Origin: Trichormus sp. ATA11-4-KO1
GTDB lineage: Bacteria; Cyanobacteriota; Cyanobacteriia; Cyanobacteriales; Nostocaceae
Direction: 5' to 3'
DNA length: 64,000 nt
Assembly (NCBI GenBank): GCA_019358915.1
Contig: JAHHIM010000019.1
Coordinates: 1 to 64,000, forward strand
Below the pieces are notes generated by a model that saw only the letters and a program-made list of their open reading frames with translations, was not told the DNA's origin and ran no database searches. A program made the translations under genes and the position numbers. This document shows, one piece after another, positions 63,509 through 64,000 of the stretch (the first letter of the stretch is position 1; each line of letters begins with the position of its first letter).

Positions 63509-63943
63509 TTAGTTTTGTCCTATTTGTAGGGAATGCCGAGATGAAATGGCCTGCATTTTCAAATTAGTAAATTGCACGATCGCCTTAATTAAGTTTTGTT
63601 GTTCTGGTTGCAAATTTAGTTTTTCTAGTGCTTGATTGATATCATTGCCAGAATGTAGGCTATGAGCCAGTTGATGACGCTGGGATGAATTCAATACTGC
63701 CTCGATTTCTCGATTTCTTCTCTGACGCACAGCCTGGAGTTGTTGGTGCTGTTGCGGAGTTAGGTTAATCTCAGAAGATGAGGTATTGCTTACCTGGGCA
63801 AATAGGATACCAGAATTAGGAGCGATTTGAACTGGTGCAGCCAAGGCAATTCCCGGCATGAAGATGAGCAGGGCCAGAATATTAGCGAATACAGACAGCC
63901 GTTTGCTAAGGTGAATTGCCATATGGAAAAATGCTTGCATCAA
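63509..63943 (-). CDS. Hypothetical secreted protein with Spy/CpxP-like LTxxQ motifs
   Basis: Signal peptide (ALA-A), NLTPQQ and LNLQPEQ motifs. Start uncertain. Confidence 0.75.
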   Translation of the reverse strand: MMQAFFHMAIHLSKRLSVFANILALLIFMPGIALAAPVQIAPNSGILFAQVSNTSSSEINLTPQQHQQLQAVRQRRNREIEAVLNSSQRHQLAHSLHSGNDINQALEKLNLQPEQQNLIKAIVQFTNLKMQAISSRHSLQIGQN

Positions 63944-64000
63944 ATTTAACTCATGTTTAGGGGGTAGCAGTCCACCCAGAAAGTATTATCCAATGTGAGT

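Larger units (their letters stand above)
1..64000. repeat. HIP1 octamer GCGATCGC dispersed throughout the window
   Basis: Dozens of copies seen by eye in coding and intergenic DNA, including a tandem pair at 14428-14443. Not counted exactly. Confidence 0.95.

Overview
A 64-kb, mostly core-chromosome window from a filamentous cyanobacterium of the Nostoc/Anabaena type. Evidence for that: very frequent HIP1 octamers (GCGATCGC), heptameric STRR tandem repeats, small dispersed palindromic repeats, and genes petF, psbU, btpA, bvdR, zds, rimO-crhR and thyD. About 50 protein genes are supported: housekeeping, redox and stress (srxA-dps), a CBS/PAS kinase / REC-EAL / hybrid kinase cluster, a CHASE2-PAS-GGDEF cyclase, a Cu ATPase and hicAB. 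No rRNA, tRNA or CRISPR array was seen. The most interesting signals are non-coding or very small: (i) a 78-aa secreted-looking peptide ending PPNYGGPDSQHGSGTR downstream of the CHASE2 diguanylate cyclase, a candidate peptide-sensor pair; (ii) hairpin-dense gene-free stretches upstream of a TM2 gene, next to an uncalled 52-aa RHH gene, and upstream of rimO-crhR; (iii) a frameshifted IS110 with a structured upstream non-coding end (bridge-RNA candidate); (iv) nested small repeats and MITEs sitting in gene leaders and in-frame inside proteins. All family assignments come from motif recognition by eye; no database search or folding computation was run.
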